NCBI RefSeq assembly: GCF_001194135.2
Contig: NC_068981.1
Location: 44,626,697-44,664,657 of the forward strand
Origin: Octopus bimaculoides
Taxonomy: Eukaryota
Length of the DNA: 37,961 bases
Direction of reading: 5' to 3'
Positions within the stretch are counted from its first letter, which is position 1, and each line of letters starts with the position of its first letter. Position numbers and translations under genes: made by a program. The notes beneath the pieces were generated by a model that was not told the origin of the DNA, ran no database searches, and saw only the letters and a program-made list of their open reading frames with translations. Positions 24,859-37,720 of the stretch are shown one piece after another.

Positions 24859-25832
24859 GTGTGTATGTGTGTGAATGTGAGTGTGTGAGTGTATGGAGAG
24901 AGGGGCAGTTAAACAGATGTATATATAGACAAGTAGATATATTGATATAAATGTATGTGTATGCGTAGATTTGCATGTAATTGCTCATGTATATATTTAA
25001 ACAAATACACATCCTCATATGCGTTGACACATTCAGATACATAAAAAAAAGTTCCTTGAATATTTCAGTGACTAAACGTTTGATGGCATGTTTCCAAGAG
25101 TGCATAAACTTAATACATTTCAATGCCCACGATTCCATGAATTGTTCACTAATATATTCATATTTTTCTCCGTACTAAACTGCTGGCAACGACAGCTAAT
25201 TTTTGACATTAATTTTTTTTTTTTTTTCATTGAACGCTAGTTACATCATTTCATATTTTTTTAATTGTCAGTTCGCAAGAATCTAGAATGTTACTGAAAA
25301 TGAATCGTTTTACACGGAAGCTTTTTATCACTCATTAACTCCAATTGTGCTACACTTTTATATAAAGTAGACTATTCTGCAAAATAGAAATTGATTATGG
25401 TATATTTTTCTAGAAAACGCTTTGGATTAACATTTTAATTCTCCTTCGATATTTCCACGATATAATTTATCACAAGCAAGTTTCATTAGACTTCATCATA
25501 CACACTTTTATATGTATACACATGCAGCACACACACAGAACACACATACAGAGAGCACATCCTCACAGCAAACATAGAAAGAACACACGTACATCCCTAT
25601 GTGTCTGTGTTTGCACTTTTGTGCATGTGCACTTATGTCTGTGTATGCCTGGTCCTGTTGTGCAGACCTATCTTTATGAATATAACAACTAAATACTGTG
25701 CAAAATATGATAAATCTACTAGAATAGAGAAAGATCTTCGTATTTAATCAGTATAAGGACAACGCCACTAGATATAATAGAAACGTTCATACCCAATTTT
25801 TGTTGTATTATCTTCTTAGAGATAAACGTATA

Positions 25833-28800
25833 TCTATAAAATACAGGTTGTTTGTGAGTCTGTCTGTCCGGATTCTTCTCTGAAACTAGCCGACTTTCTT
25901 TTTTTGTTTTTGAAACTTTGCATGTCGGTGCATTTTTGAACGAGACGGGTCGTGTCGCTATTTATTTTTTCATATTAATATGAAATCTCCCCGAAAAATG
26001 GATAAATCAATACCGATTTTTTAAAAAGTGGTCCGATTTTGATCAAAATCAACATTCTTATGCATTTTTATGCGTCATTAGTTTTTTCAAATTCTGTTTC
26101 GTTTGAGCACTGGATGAGAAGAACCGACTAAAAAAGTGCCCTTTTCGACATATTGCCTGAGGTTTTTACCCGATTGCGCTCAAATTCGCGCCCAATGTAC
26201 ATTAGAATCTAACCTACAGTTTGTAAAAAACTGCATACTTTTAGGGTGCTTCCTTTGCGAGGTGTAGCACATCGAAAAAAATCGATAATGCTTTAGTCCC
26301 TCCCCCCTTTTCTGATTGTCCTATAGGTTTGCATACATGCACACTGTGCGCCATACATTATGCGTCACTGTTAAAATGTTTAAAATTCTCTTATTAAAGT
26401 ACTGTTTATCAACTTATTATTTATTTATTACCTTTCAAAATTTATACATTTGACGAAAGATTTCCTTCACAATTGTTACACTGGTCACTACAACATAAAA
26501 CAGTCTCACTCACACACTCATACCTATTCTTTCACAAAATTGACTACTCGGTTCAAACGCTCTGACATGTTTTGCCTATTACGACCTTTTCTGAACGGGT
26601 TTACGACTGGCCAGTAATTTCAAGACCACTTGGTCTTTTGACAAGACTTCTACTTTCAGCTACTGTTACACGAGGCTATTCATTCACATTTTTCACAGAC
26701 AGTTGGTAAGAGCTTACGATATATTTAATCATTCTCCTGTAAACGACTTTTACTTGCACCTTATCTTTGTGGTTACTCAATTTGCCAATTTCAGTACAAA
26801 TACGGCTATTTTGACACTGCCGTACACTCCTTAACCAGCTTGACACGACGTCTTCCGTTTTAATTGAACTAACTGGCTTAGCAGTACTTTCTTGTGACTT
26901 CCATGACCGTTGTTAAACTTCGATTAAAATTATTAGTATTCTCCTTAAACAAAACACTTTTTGCTTCAAAAGGTACTGATGCCGTTACTGCGGTGTGCAA
27001 AGTAAGCATAACAGTTGTGGTGATATACGTCGTCGTACTAATTTTACATCTGCTACTACTGCCAACAGCTCCTTTTGTATCTCTTTCTATCACTTTTGTT
27101 ATTAAAGAAGAACAAGTTTGTTTGGATCAGAAGGTAAGGCTTCTATTACTGCTTCATTTAAAGTAAGCGTTATATAGCAATAGTATCAATACTTCTACCC
27201 CATGAATTCTTTTGCATCTGCTTCCACGGCTAAACCTCGGTTAAGGCACGAATATCACATGCATATGGCTTAAATTGCCTGCAACAGTGACATTCAGAAT
27301 ATTTGTCTCGGTTTTAGGTCATGCCTCGAAGAAAGAGACGTTTCATTCGAGGCCAAACTGCAGAGCCAGCACGAAAAAAGAGCAAGGTGGGCTAAGGAAT
27401 CACCAGTAACATCTGCTGTTGGACGCTCACAGGACGCTGAACGTAACGCCACCAGAAGAGCGATCAAAACAGTCCATCAACGAGCATTTCGACAATCAGT
27501 TGATACAGCGTCGACTTCAGCTGCGCGAACTGCGGAAACTGAAGACCAACGCAGACGTCGTCGAACTGCTGATGCCGCATCGACTTCGTTTACGCTAGCT
27601 TCGCAAAATTCACAAGCACCTGGTATTCGGCTACAGAGAAATGTGCAACAACGAGCACTCAACAAAGGTGCCTCAAAGCCATGCAGCGTACAATGGGCCT
27701 TCAAATCATTCGACTGCAGCCCCGCAATCAATTAATGCAGTCATCCAAACATGACTGTTGGAAGTATGTCAACGACTGACTCATTTTGCAATGCTAAAAA
27801 GTGGTCAAGAGAGACGGTTGGTTTCTGTTGTTTAAACAGAAAAGTGGGTTTGCACACCATGGAGGATCAACCTCAACCACCAAAGCTCCTATTTGCAGGC
27901 ATAACTGTCGAATCACGGCATTTTCTGAACAAAATCAGAAAATAAAATTGCGCTTTCCAGATAACTTCTTTCGGGGCGAATATTGTAAGAGGGGCGGATT
28001 AATTTCCACATTTAATATTCAAGGCCAGGTGTACCATCGAATCGAATCGCTCGAACCGGCTGCCAAAGAATATCCATACTTTCTTCAATTAAACTTTGTT
28101 GAGAATGCAAACTAACTGGCAACCATGAGGAACTCCATTTCACCTGACGCTGATCTTGATCTTATCAGGACAAAACAAGACGTTTTGCACACTTACAACA
28201 GCTATATCCTAAGCTTTAAATATTCCTTGGAAGCAGCCCATGCCTTAGATTTTAATATCATTATTGATGCCTCAAAACGACCTTCTTCTGGAGAACATTC
28301 AGTCCGATACAATTTACCTTCGTGTAACGAAATAGCTATAATTCTTCATGGTGATCAGCACAACCTTCGAGACATTGTTCTGAGGCGTCGTGACAATACG
28401 CTTAAGCGTATAAGTTAAACGCATAGGTCTTATGACGCCCGTTAGTATCCGCTACTGTTTGCAAAAGGAGAAGATCGATACCGAATCGGTGTTCCTCAGC
28501 TTAATCTGGAAAACCCTTGATGTTCAACAAATAAGACAGTTTTATGTAAGAGCTCCTGTTCCTACAGCTTCATGGACCGCAACAACTCCTTCCATTATTT
28601 ACACCGATTGCGAGAGCTACTGCAACAATTCGCTGTTGATATGTAGGCGAAGATGGAGTCGGAGAGGTTGTGTTTTATATTGACACATCAAAGGAAACAG
28701 TGGTCCGAAAGCTACATCCACCTTTGAGATACTATCAAGAACGATGCAGCGCCAGGCAGCTTAGCAAAACTCTGTAATCTCCCATCAACTTTCACAGGAA

Positions 28801-29570
28801 GTCCTCGATATATGCAGGATGCTTTGAATTACGGTCGGGATTATGGTCGGCCTGGCCTTTTTATTACTTTCACATTTCCAAGGTGGAAATATATTGAGGA
28901 GGAACAATTTCCATGCCAACAACCGAAAGACAGATACGATATCCTGGCTCGAGTGTTTCATTTGAAACTTATCAAACTCATGGAACTTACCAATAAAGCT
29001 TTGATCTTTGGACCATGAAGCATCACAGGGGGTGAAAACTCCAGGGGGTGACATGTACACCGTTGAATAGCAAAAAAGAGGCCTTCCTCATCTGGCTGTG
29101 CACGAAGATCATTTCCAATGACATTGACAAAATAATATCTGCTGAAATCCCTGATCCATGCATCGATAAATTTCTCCACGTGATAGTGATAAGGATCATG
29201 GTTCATAGACATTCCATGCCTCAAAAACAATAAATGTACCAAGCAGTTTCCAAGGCAGTTTTTACCAGAGACCCAGACTGGTGCCGATGGATATCCACTT
29301 TACAGGCGATGTAAGGCAGGCGACGGTGGCATTACGGCATTAGTTAGACAACATGATGTGGACAAGAGATGGATAATCCCTTACTGCCCATCGTCGTCTG
29401 AGATTTTCAGTGCGCATATCAGTGAAATTCTGCAATTCTGCAATTCTGTTAAATCTATCAAATATATATGCAAGTATGTTAATACAGGTTCAGATGCTGC
29501 AATGTTCAGTCTCCAAAAGGAGAAAAGTCAGGATAAGATAACACAATACCAAGTCAGTCATCACATTGGC
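25833..29570 (+). mobile_element. Helitron, 5' half (3'-truncated; helicase absent)
   Basis: The coding part (27321-29570) is unambiguous. The extension to a 5' A|TC end at 25833 (TCTATAAAATACAGGTTGTTTGTGAGTCTGTCTGTCC) is inferred from the Helitron 5'-TC rule and resemblance to animal Helitron termini. Confidence 0.75.
27321..29570 (+). pseudogene. Helitron RepHel pseudogene: N-terminal repeats, Zn region, Helitron_like_N and Rep domain
   Basis: MPRRKR..; ETEDQRRRR; VGSM..FCNAKKW..ETVGFCC..SRHFLNKIRK*NCAFQITSFGA; FNIQGQVYHRI; GEHSVRYNLP..NEIAI..RDIVL; THRSYDAR*YPLLF; QQFAVDM*AKMESERL; LPSTFTGSPRYM; QDAL..YGRPGLFITFT; YTVE*QKRGLPH; DGYPLYRR; WIIPY; SVKSIKYICKYVN. Many stops and frameshifts. 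Confidence 0.92.
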
Positions 29571-30649
29571 ATATATATGTGCATACTTGTGTGTGTGCGT
29601 GTGCACGCACGAGAATGTGTAAACGTATTTGTTAATGAAGGCGTTGCACTCTTTTATACCTCCAGCCAACCATGAAAGTGATTCTATAAACGAAAGTAAT
29701 TATTCCATTTGAACATCGTTATCTCTATCGGTTATAATAATTTATTAACTAAATTACTGAAAAATTTACATAAGTCACTTCATACTCATATCCCCACAAA
29801 TTGTAAACCTATATTTACCTTTGCTGTGTATACAGTCCTAAAACAAGCTTTCATAAAACCTGCCATATTTAAAATTAAATGATGAAGTTCACAGAAACAT
29901 CTCATATTCATTTTGAAGATATTTCCTAATGTAACATTTTATCTCCTGCAAATATGCTTGGTGCAAATGTACTACACGTTAACACATGGTATATATGTAA
30001 AAATAATTTGATATGAAAAATATATAGGGTCTAAAGCAGATATCCCTTTGAGGTTATGAATAGTATATCTGTTTGCTTGGTTTGAAGTAAACAGATATCC
30101 TATAAATGAAAAAAAACTATTTTCTGTTCACTTGAAATATTAAAAATCTTCTTTTCCAAAAAATTGTTGACTGAGCGATTTTACTTAAACACAACAAACA
30201 TTGTAAATAATGTATGATCTAATCAATACAAAAATTAAAATAAGCATCATAATAACAACGATGATGATGATGTCGGTGGTACTAGTAGTGGTGGTGGTGA
30301 CAGGGGTGGTGGTTGTCAGGGGTAGTAGTAGTAGTAGTAGTAGTAGTATGTATGATGATATTGGCCATTTCTAGGAAACGCTTTAACGTATGCACTGCAG
30401 TAACGATATTGTATATGGAAGACTTGGAAGCAATGACGTGTCTCATTTTTGTGATTCCTAATCACCTTATTTATCGGTCACATTATGAACAAACCCAATG
30501 TGTACACACACACACACATACAAACACACACACACGCACACCCACACAAACACACACACACACACATACACACACACACAAACACAAACACACATACACA
30601 CACACTCGCACATACACGTATAACTATTTGTTTGTGTGTGTGTATCATA

Positions 30650-30848
30650 TTCTTCTATTCTTTTATTTGCTTCAATCATCTAACTGCAGCCATACTGGAG
30701 CACCGCTTTTAGTTAAACAAATTGACCCCAGGACTTATTCTTTCTAAGCCTAGTACTTATACTGTCGTCATTTTTGCCGAACCGCTAAGTTAGGAGGACG
30801 TAAAAACACACCAGCGTCGATTGTCAAGCGATGGTGGGGACACAACCA
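30650..30848 (-). mobile_element. SINE family 1, 3' half
   Basis: Reverse-complement match to 6240-6437 (ctgcagccatactggagcaccgc..ttgccgaaccgctaagtt..gattgtcaagcgatg). Confidence 0.85.
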
Positions 30849-31550
30849 GATCCACACAAACATGCACACACACACACATACACACACTCACACACACACA
30901 CANNNNNNNNNNNNNNNNNNNNNNNNNNNNNNNNNNNNNNNNNNNNNNNNNNNNNNNNNNNNNNNNNNNNNNNNNNNNNNNNNNNNNNNNNNNNNNNNNN
31001 NNNNNNNNNNNNNNNNNNNNNNNNNNNNNNNNNNNNNNNNNNNNNNNNNNNNNNNNNNNNNNNNNNNNNNNNNNNNNNNNNNNNNNNNNNNNNNNNNNNN
31101 NNNNNNNNNNNNNNNNNNNNNNNNNNNNNNNNNNNNNNNNNNNNNNNNNNNNNNNNNNNNNNNNNNNNNNNNNNNNNNNNNNNNNNNNNNNNNNNNNNNN
31201 NNNNNNNNNNNNNNNNNNNNNNNNNNNNNNNNNNNNNNNNNNNNNNNNNNNNNNNNNNNNNNNNNNNNNNNNNNNNNNNNNNNNNNNNNNNNNNNNNNNN
31301 NNNNNNNNNNNNNNNNNNNNNNNNNNNNNNNNNNNACTGGTATCATCCGCAAGCTGGGTCTCATGAGGTACATCCATGCATAAATTGTGTCTCGCTAAAC
31401 ATCCTGAGTTTCGTATATAATATACATCCATATATATATATATAGGTGTGGCGTGTGTCGTCTCAGAGTCCATAAGTCAGGGGAAAATGCACTAGTATAT
31501 ATCTCAATAAAGTGGTTATATTATTATTATTCGAAATGTACCGTATTATA

Positions 31551-32224
31551 CGTCATCTGATCAATAAGAATTGCCGACGGTTGCCATAGTAACAAAGCTA
31601 AAGCACGCAGAGAGAAGCAGTTATGCACCAATTGACTTTGAACACAGCTGTGTACTTCCAACAGCATAAAATCTGCATCAAATTTTATCAAAACCTTCGC
31701 GATGCTTGCTGAGAGGCCTACGCAATGTTTTCAAAATATTTTCCTCGTTTTCGACACAATGAAGATCTTGTGCAACTGAAACCCGTGTGTCCTTTTGGAA
31801 AGCTGAATGCCGTTTTGGAACAAACTTGGCAGACACGAGTCCCATACGCAAATATTCAGTGATAATGGACTGAACTTAATCCTCACTAACCTGCACCAAT
31901 GGAAATTTCGCGATTTTCCCTCAAAGCTGCAAGCACGCCTGCGATGCTACACTCAGTCCTGCTGGTTGCGGGTCTCTCAAAACCTTCGTCAATATCGATA
32001 TTTTAAGCCCTCTTGGAAACGTCTGAACCACCCGTACATTAGTGTGCAGCTCATACACTCCTCTTTATACAATTTCTGAAACTTTGCGTAGGCCTCTGAG
32101 AAGGTATCACTATAATAACTCCCTTTTCATGATCAATGCAATGATCACACGTGACACACCTTTCTTCCAAGCATTTTTGTAAATTGCGGAAGTAAGCTAC
32201 AACGTTAAAACTTAGTGTGCATGC
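31551..32224 (-). mobile_element. Rearranged mariner (Tc1/mariner) derivative
   Basis: The minus strand encodes DTFSEAYAKFQKLYKEECMS..MYGWFRRFQEG..RPATSRTE..RENR..VQSIITEYLRMGLVSAKFVPK..QKDTRVSVAQDL..ENEENILKT (HTH region plus the WVPHEL-equivalent AKFVPK). The plus strand 31551-31736 is an inverted 5' end following a TA (31549-31550) and encodes HKICIKFYQNLRDAC*EAYAMF. Confidence 0.82.
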
Positions 32225-32390
32225 GCCACAGATGTCTCCTAACATGTGATTCTTACATTCTCTCCGTCGTAGCTGGAACAAGCAAGACGTATTCTTGTCG
32301 GTCTCCTGTCCAAGCTTGATTTAAGCGTTCGCCCCACTACCTCGTTTAGGATTAGCAGCCCCTCCTGTTACAAATTTTGAAACTCCGCAA

Positions 32391-32630
32391 AATCCCAAAT
32401 TCTATTTAACTTGCTTTACAGGAGCAACTGTTTTATCGAAATCGTATATTGTTGTTAAATGCTCGAAATACGAGATTAGAAAAGCAACCAACAATTGATG
32501 AAGGGTCGTTCTTTATGTTGTTTGACTTGTTTTCTTTTTGTGTCTTTCGTTGTTCGAAAAAATAGTACATATTCCATGTACTCGTACTTCGTATTTTTTG
32601 TTGTACATATTTCATGACTTCACACCTGCA
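32391..32630 (+). mobile_element. Second copy of the 10735-10972 repeat (probable PLE terminal segment)
   Basis: Aligns to the reverse complement of 10735-10972 and ends in (TA)n. Confidence 0.7.
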
Positions 32631-34609
32631 TATATATATATATATANNNNNNNNNNNNNNNNNNNNNNNNNNNNNNNNNNNNNNNNNNNNNNNNNNNNNN
32701 NNNNNNNNNNNNNNNNNNNNNNNNNNNNNNNNNNNNNNNNNNNNNNNNNNNNNNNNNNNNNNNNNNNNNNNNNNNNNNNNNNNNNNNNNNNNNNNNNNNN
32801 NNNNNNNNNNNNNNNNNNNNNNNNNNNNNNNNNNNNNNNNNNNNNNNNNNNNNNNNNNNNNNNNNNNNNNNNNNNNNNNNNNNNNNNNNNNNNNNNNNNN
32901 NNNNNNNNNNNNNNNNNNNNNNNNNNNNNNNNNNNNNNNNNNNNNNNNNNNNNNNNNNNNNNNNNNNNNNNNNNNNNNNNNNNNNNNNNNNNNNNNNNNN
33001 NNNNNNNNNNNNNNNNNNNNNNNNNNNNNNNNNNNNNNNNNNNNNNNNNNNNNNNNNNNNNNNNNNNNNNNNNNNNNNNNNNNNNNNNNNNNNNNNNNNN
33101 NNNNNNNNNNNNNNNNNNNNNNNNNNNNNNNNNNNNNNNNNNNNNNNNNNNNNNNNNNNNNNNNNNNNNNNNNNNNNNNNNNNNNNNNNNNNNNNNNNNN
33201 NNNNNNNNNNNNNNNNNNNNNNNNNNNNNNNNNNNNNNNNNNNNNNNNNNNNNNNNNNNNNNNNNNNNNNNNNNNNNNNNNNNNNNNNNNNNNNNNNNNN
33301 NNNNNNNNNNNNNNNNNNNNNNNNNNNNNNNNNNNNNNNNNNNNNNNNNNNNNNNNNNNNNNNNNNNNNNNNNNNNNNNNNNNNNNNNNNNNNNNNNNNN
33401 NNNNNNNNNNNNNNNNNNNNNNNNNNNNNNNNNNNNNNNNNNNNNNNNNNNNNNNNNNNNNNNNNNNNNNNNNNNNNNNNNNNNNNNNNNNNNNNNNNNN
33501 NNNNNNNNNNNNNNNNNNNNNNNNNNNNNNNNNNNNNNNNNNNNNNNNNNNNNNNNTGTGTGTGCGTGTGTGTGTGTGTAGGTACGTATATTTAATAAAC
33601 ATGTTTTCCACTATGTCGTTTGAACCACAGTGATACTTCTGCAAAATGAAACAAATTCCTTGTACAGTGGAACATATATATGTCTTAGAACGATTTAAAT
33701 TCATACCTGTATTGTTATGACTCGTTCGCCCCCACTTTTCTCTTTCGCTTAATCCTCTTTCCGCAACATCTTATTTTATGATTTTCTACACTTATTTCTT
33801 ATTTTACATCTTATTTCTATTTTACATCTTCATACAGATTTTCTTTAACAAGGTTTCTATACTCGTTATCGTTTTCATTTTTTCTGTCTTGTGTTCTTCT
33901 AATTTCTCCTTTTACCTTTTCATCTTTTCTTCACATTATATTCATTCGTTTTATTCATTCTATATTTTTTCTTAAATAGTATTGAGTTTTTATCTCTTAT
34001 GTTTCTGTTGCCAATGTTGAATCATAGTTCATTTCTTGTGCTTGATGAGTATGTTGAATATTTTCGTGTATAAATGATTGTATGCATACTTTTATATTCT
34101 TTTTGTCCATTGCTTCTACTGTAACGTACTACATTTTCTTCGCTATTCTTCATTCACTTACTTACTTATCGTCTCCATCTTTACTATTTCTTTAGCGTAA
34201 TCTTCAATATTTCTCGGTATTCGTCACATTTTTTTTCTTTTTTCTTATTTTATGTTCTGATTTATTCTTAATCAGCTTGTTCAAGGAGCTTTACAATCTA
34301 ATGTTTCTCTCCTTTTCTTCGTAGTTCTCTTCCATCTTTCAGCTATCTTTATTTACATGTTTCTTTAAATTTTGTCTCGGATATAAAGTAATATTTTATA
34401 CTTCAGGAGTTTATAGCTCTGAATACATAATTCTACTGATAAATAAGTATAATTAGGATATGAATCATCTTCTATATCTCAGAGAAGAAAAATAACATCA
34501 ACACAAACGTTATTTGTACGATGCATGAATAATGTTTGAAAGGAGCCAACAAGTAAATCTAGTGGAGAAGCTCGACAAAAAACAAATAATCCACAATGTC
34601 TAATAATAT

Positions 34610-34990
34610 GTATTCTAGAAGTTTGGAGACTTTCTCCGGAAGATATATTTATTAATTTCAAATGTACTTCAAGTAGGATCCTCTTACTTCAATATACTTG
34701 TTGCAGCGCTCTAGTCTCTTCGTGAAGGCTGAATAGAAGTTCTCAAAATGAAGGTCTCCATGTCCCTTGTCCCAAGCACTCTTATCTTCTCAATGACTTC
34801 CAAACAACATCTCCTGAGCCCCACTCTGCGTTTGGGGTACAACCAAAGACCATAAGGAGTTCCGGTCTATAAGGAGGGTGAACTACAATTTGATGCCCGT
34901 GACTGTCAAATACTTTGTTACCAGAATGGAACTGTGAAGTAGTGCATTGTCCTGACGGATGTCACCCCGACGTAATTTACACGGCAACTC
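34610..34990 (-). mobile_element. mariner transposase C-terminal remnant
   Basis: RQDNALLHSSILVTKYLTVTGIKIVVHPPYRPEL (cf. HxDNA..HPPYSPDL), then FTKRLERCNKYIEVRGSY (cf. W.KCI...G.YFE). Confidence 0.8.
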
Positions 34991-35319
34991 TAAATAGGAT
35001 AGTACTAATCGTAATTAAAACTTTTTTCCATGACGGCATCCTACACCACAGAGGATATATGGCTAATAATGCACTAATAATGTATATCAATTTTCTAAAG
35101 AGATAGCAATGCACAGACGCAGTTGAAATTTATTGTACTAAAACAGCACACACACACACACGCACGCACATGCGTTGAAAAGAAAGGGATCAGTTAAATA
35201 CAATACGAGGCTTGAGATTATGTAAACTAACTACAAGGAGAAATATAAAATCTACTGAAAACTTAAGAAATGAAATGTGTTTACAAAACTTGGTTTCAAT
35301 ATAATATTTTACCTCTAAG

Positions 35320-35450
35320 GTGGTGATCCAGCAAAATCGTTTAGAACATCGGAAATGCGACGCCAACATTACTTTCATCTTTTCCGGGTCTGTAAAACAA
35401 TTACCAGTTGAGCACTGCAATCGGTGTAATCTATTTGGCCCCTTCCGCGG
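35320..35450 (+). mobile_element. SINE family 2 copy, degenerate
   Basis: gtggtgatccagcaaaatcgtt..ctttcatcttttccgggtc..accagttgagcactg..tgtaatc. Confidence 0.65.
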
Positions 35451-36227
35451 AATATTACATTTCAACATTTGAATATCGACGAATCCATACGTTGCAAATA
35501 TATTGTGCGAGTTTCCTGTGTCTTCGTGTCCGCGTTGATGTGCGTATCCACGTGGACAATGCTGTGTGCCAAAGGCAAAACACTGTTTGCATTAGATTCA
35601 ATGCTTTCAGTTGCAGTACAACAGAAAAAAGGATTACTCTATCATAGAAAAAAAAAACACTTGTCATACAAAGGAGATAATTTAATGATTAGAGTGGAAT
35701 ATTTAATGTAGGTGCACGCACTTGTTTTAAAATTAATGTTTTAGTCTAATAGACACCAAACTGATGATTGGGAATTTTAGTCGATCTAATTCCCACTTAA
35801 GTAATTACGTACGTGTGATATGACTGATTGGTTAGACATATGTGAAAGACACCGATTATGTATAAAGTAATCAGAAAATCATAAATAATTTTTCCTACTG
35901 ACAAAGTTATGTAAAAATCTGTTAACATATAATAAAATTTCGCAGCTGCAAATGTAAATTAAAAAGTAGATATATATTTGTAAGATGCTTGAGATTAGCT
36001 AGTTAAATCTGTGTTTATAGTAATTAATTATTCATAGTGTGAAGAAATGCATATTCATGCAAGTTAAACTGATAACTTCAGCTGACGAATATTTCATGCT
36101 TGATAAAAATATGTAAATTTGCAGATTCTACAGGGGGACAAGAGAATATGCATATTCTCTGAATTATGTTTGTGTAGATATGAAAATATTCACGTTTTCA
36201 AAATACGTCCATTAGTTTTATTCCCAC

Positions 36228-36271
<44 letters not shown>

Positions 36272-36409
36272 CACTTGTTGTACCTGTTTACATCTCTCAG
36301 CCAAACTCTAGATGTATGATAGGCAAAAATACATTTATTTAACCAGGAAACTTCCATTGGATTACAGTCGTTTTTCACACTTTGGCACTCACACATGTAT
36401 ATATATTCA

Positions 36410-37720
36410 CGACATGGCTTCCTGCTCTTGCTTGATGGGAGGCATCATCATGACCCAACCAGATCTCCCAGTGCTCTTCATCGCTGGTTGTCCCATACCA
36501 GCCCCATTGCTTCATCCAAGGTGAAAGGTGACGTCTAGCCTCTCGAGACTTTCTCTAGTCATGCCGAGTCATTTGGTGCGGGGGCCTACCACTTCTTGCA
36601 ACCCGCAACTACTGAGTCGAATAAGTGGAAAAACCTGGTAAGATGATATTGAGAGAAATGGAGGACATTTTCGTACCAGAGCATGAGACGAGATGGCTGT
36701 GAGTTAGAAGGCTGTGGGCCGATGCTTGCTTGCACACAGTTCTTTGTTTGAAATGTGATGTTATTTGTGGTTCTCAGCGCTCTGCTATCCAAGCCGTTGA
36801 ACTTCTTTTCCAAGGCTTTCGAGGTCTCCATAAAGGAATATAGAAAAGGCCGATGCGTTGTGGATGCAGAGCTTCATCTTCCAGGAGATAGAGCAGTGGA
36901 ACCGGAAGCGAGTCCACAAGGGATGTGTGATCCCAGAGTTTAGATCGTAACTGCGGTTAATCTCCGGAGTCAAGCTTCCATTGTTGGTTAATGTGGAGCC
37001 TAGGCAGATGAAGGCGCTGACAAACTCAAAAACGTTGGGGTCAATGTGGAGAGAGGGTAGCTGCTCTATCTCCACCATGCGTCAGCTTTGTCTGAGCCTA
37101 ACTCACCTGAAGGCTAAGATATGCTGATTCTTCTCTATAAATGGTAAAGGGTGTCCTGGAGACGTTTTATCGATTTAATGCATAGAGTAGTATCGTCCGC
37201 ACAATCCAGTTCGGTAAGGTGGTAGTTCCCGCCGGTAACGCCAAAGACTCGCTTACAGACCCTGGTCATCAGATAGTTGATGAAACAGGTGAAGAGGTCG
37301 AGGAGAGGAGCACACCCTGTCTAACTGCGCTGTGGATGAGGAACCAGTCAGACTCTTTCACGTTCACGCGCATGCAGCTCTTGGCACTGCTGTAAACCCG
37401 TTAAAGCAAGATGGAGAACGTAGGAGGGGCATCCATGAGTTTGCAAAGTTTTCAGAGTGATGCGTGGTAGAGCGTGTAGGAAGCTGCCTTGAGTTCGACG
37501 AAGCGGGGTATAGGTGATGATCTTTTCGAAGCTGCCGAGATTTTACACTTTTGAGACGAAGGGGGATAACTGGTCGGCAGTAGATCGATTTCATATGAAT
37601 ACAGCTTCTTGTGGGTGTTGAAGTATTGATTGTTTCTAAAGGCAGGAAATGCATGTTTGAGAAAGATCATTATTTGTCTTATCGCTCTTTAACCCCGGGG
37701 CAGTCATTCTGGTGCCCTGA
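36410..37720 (-). mobile_element. 5'-truncated RTE-clade LINE, reverse transcriptase remnant
   Basis: Minus strand: VRQG..DLFTCFINYLM, ELDCADDTTL (37192-37200 = ADD), FICLGSTLTNNGSL.PEI, ISWKMKLCIHNAS..FLYG (cf. FxYLGS..EI..R..TKLRIY..LLYG), and GPRTK at the C-terminus. Frameshifted. Confidence 0.88.
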
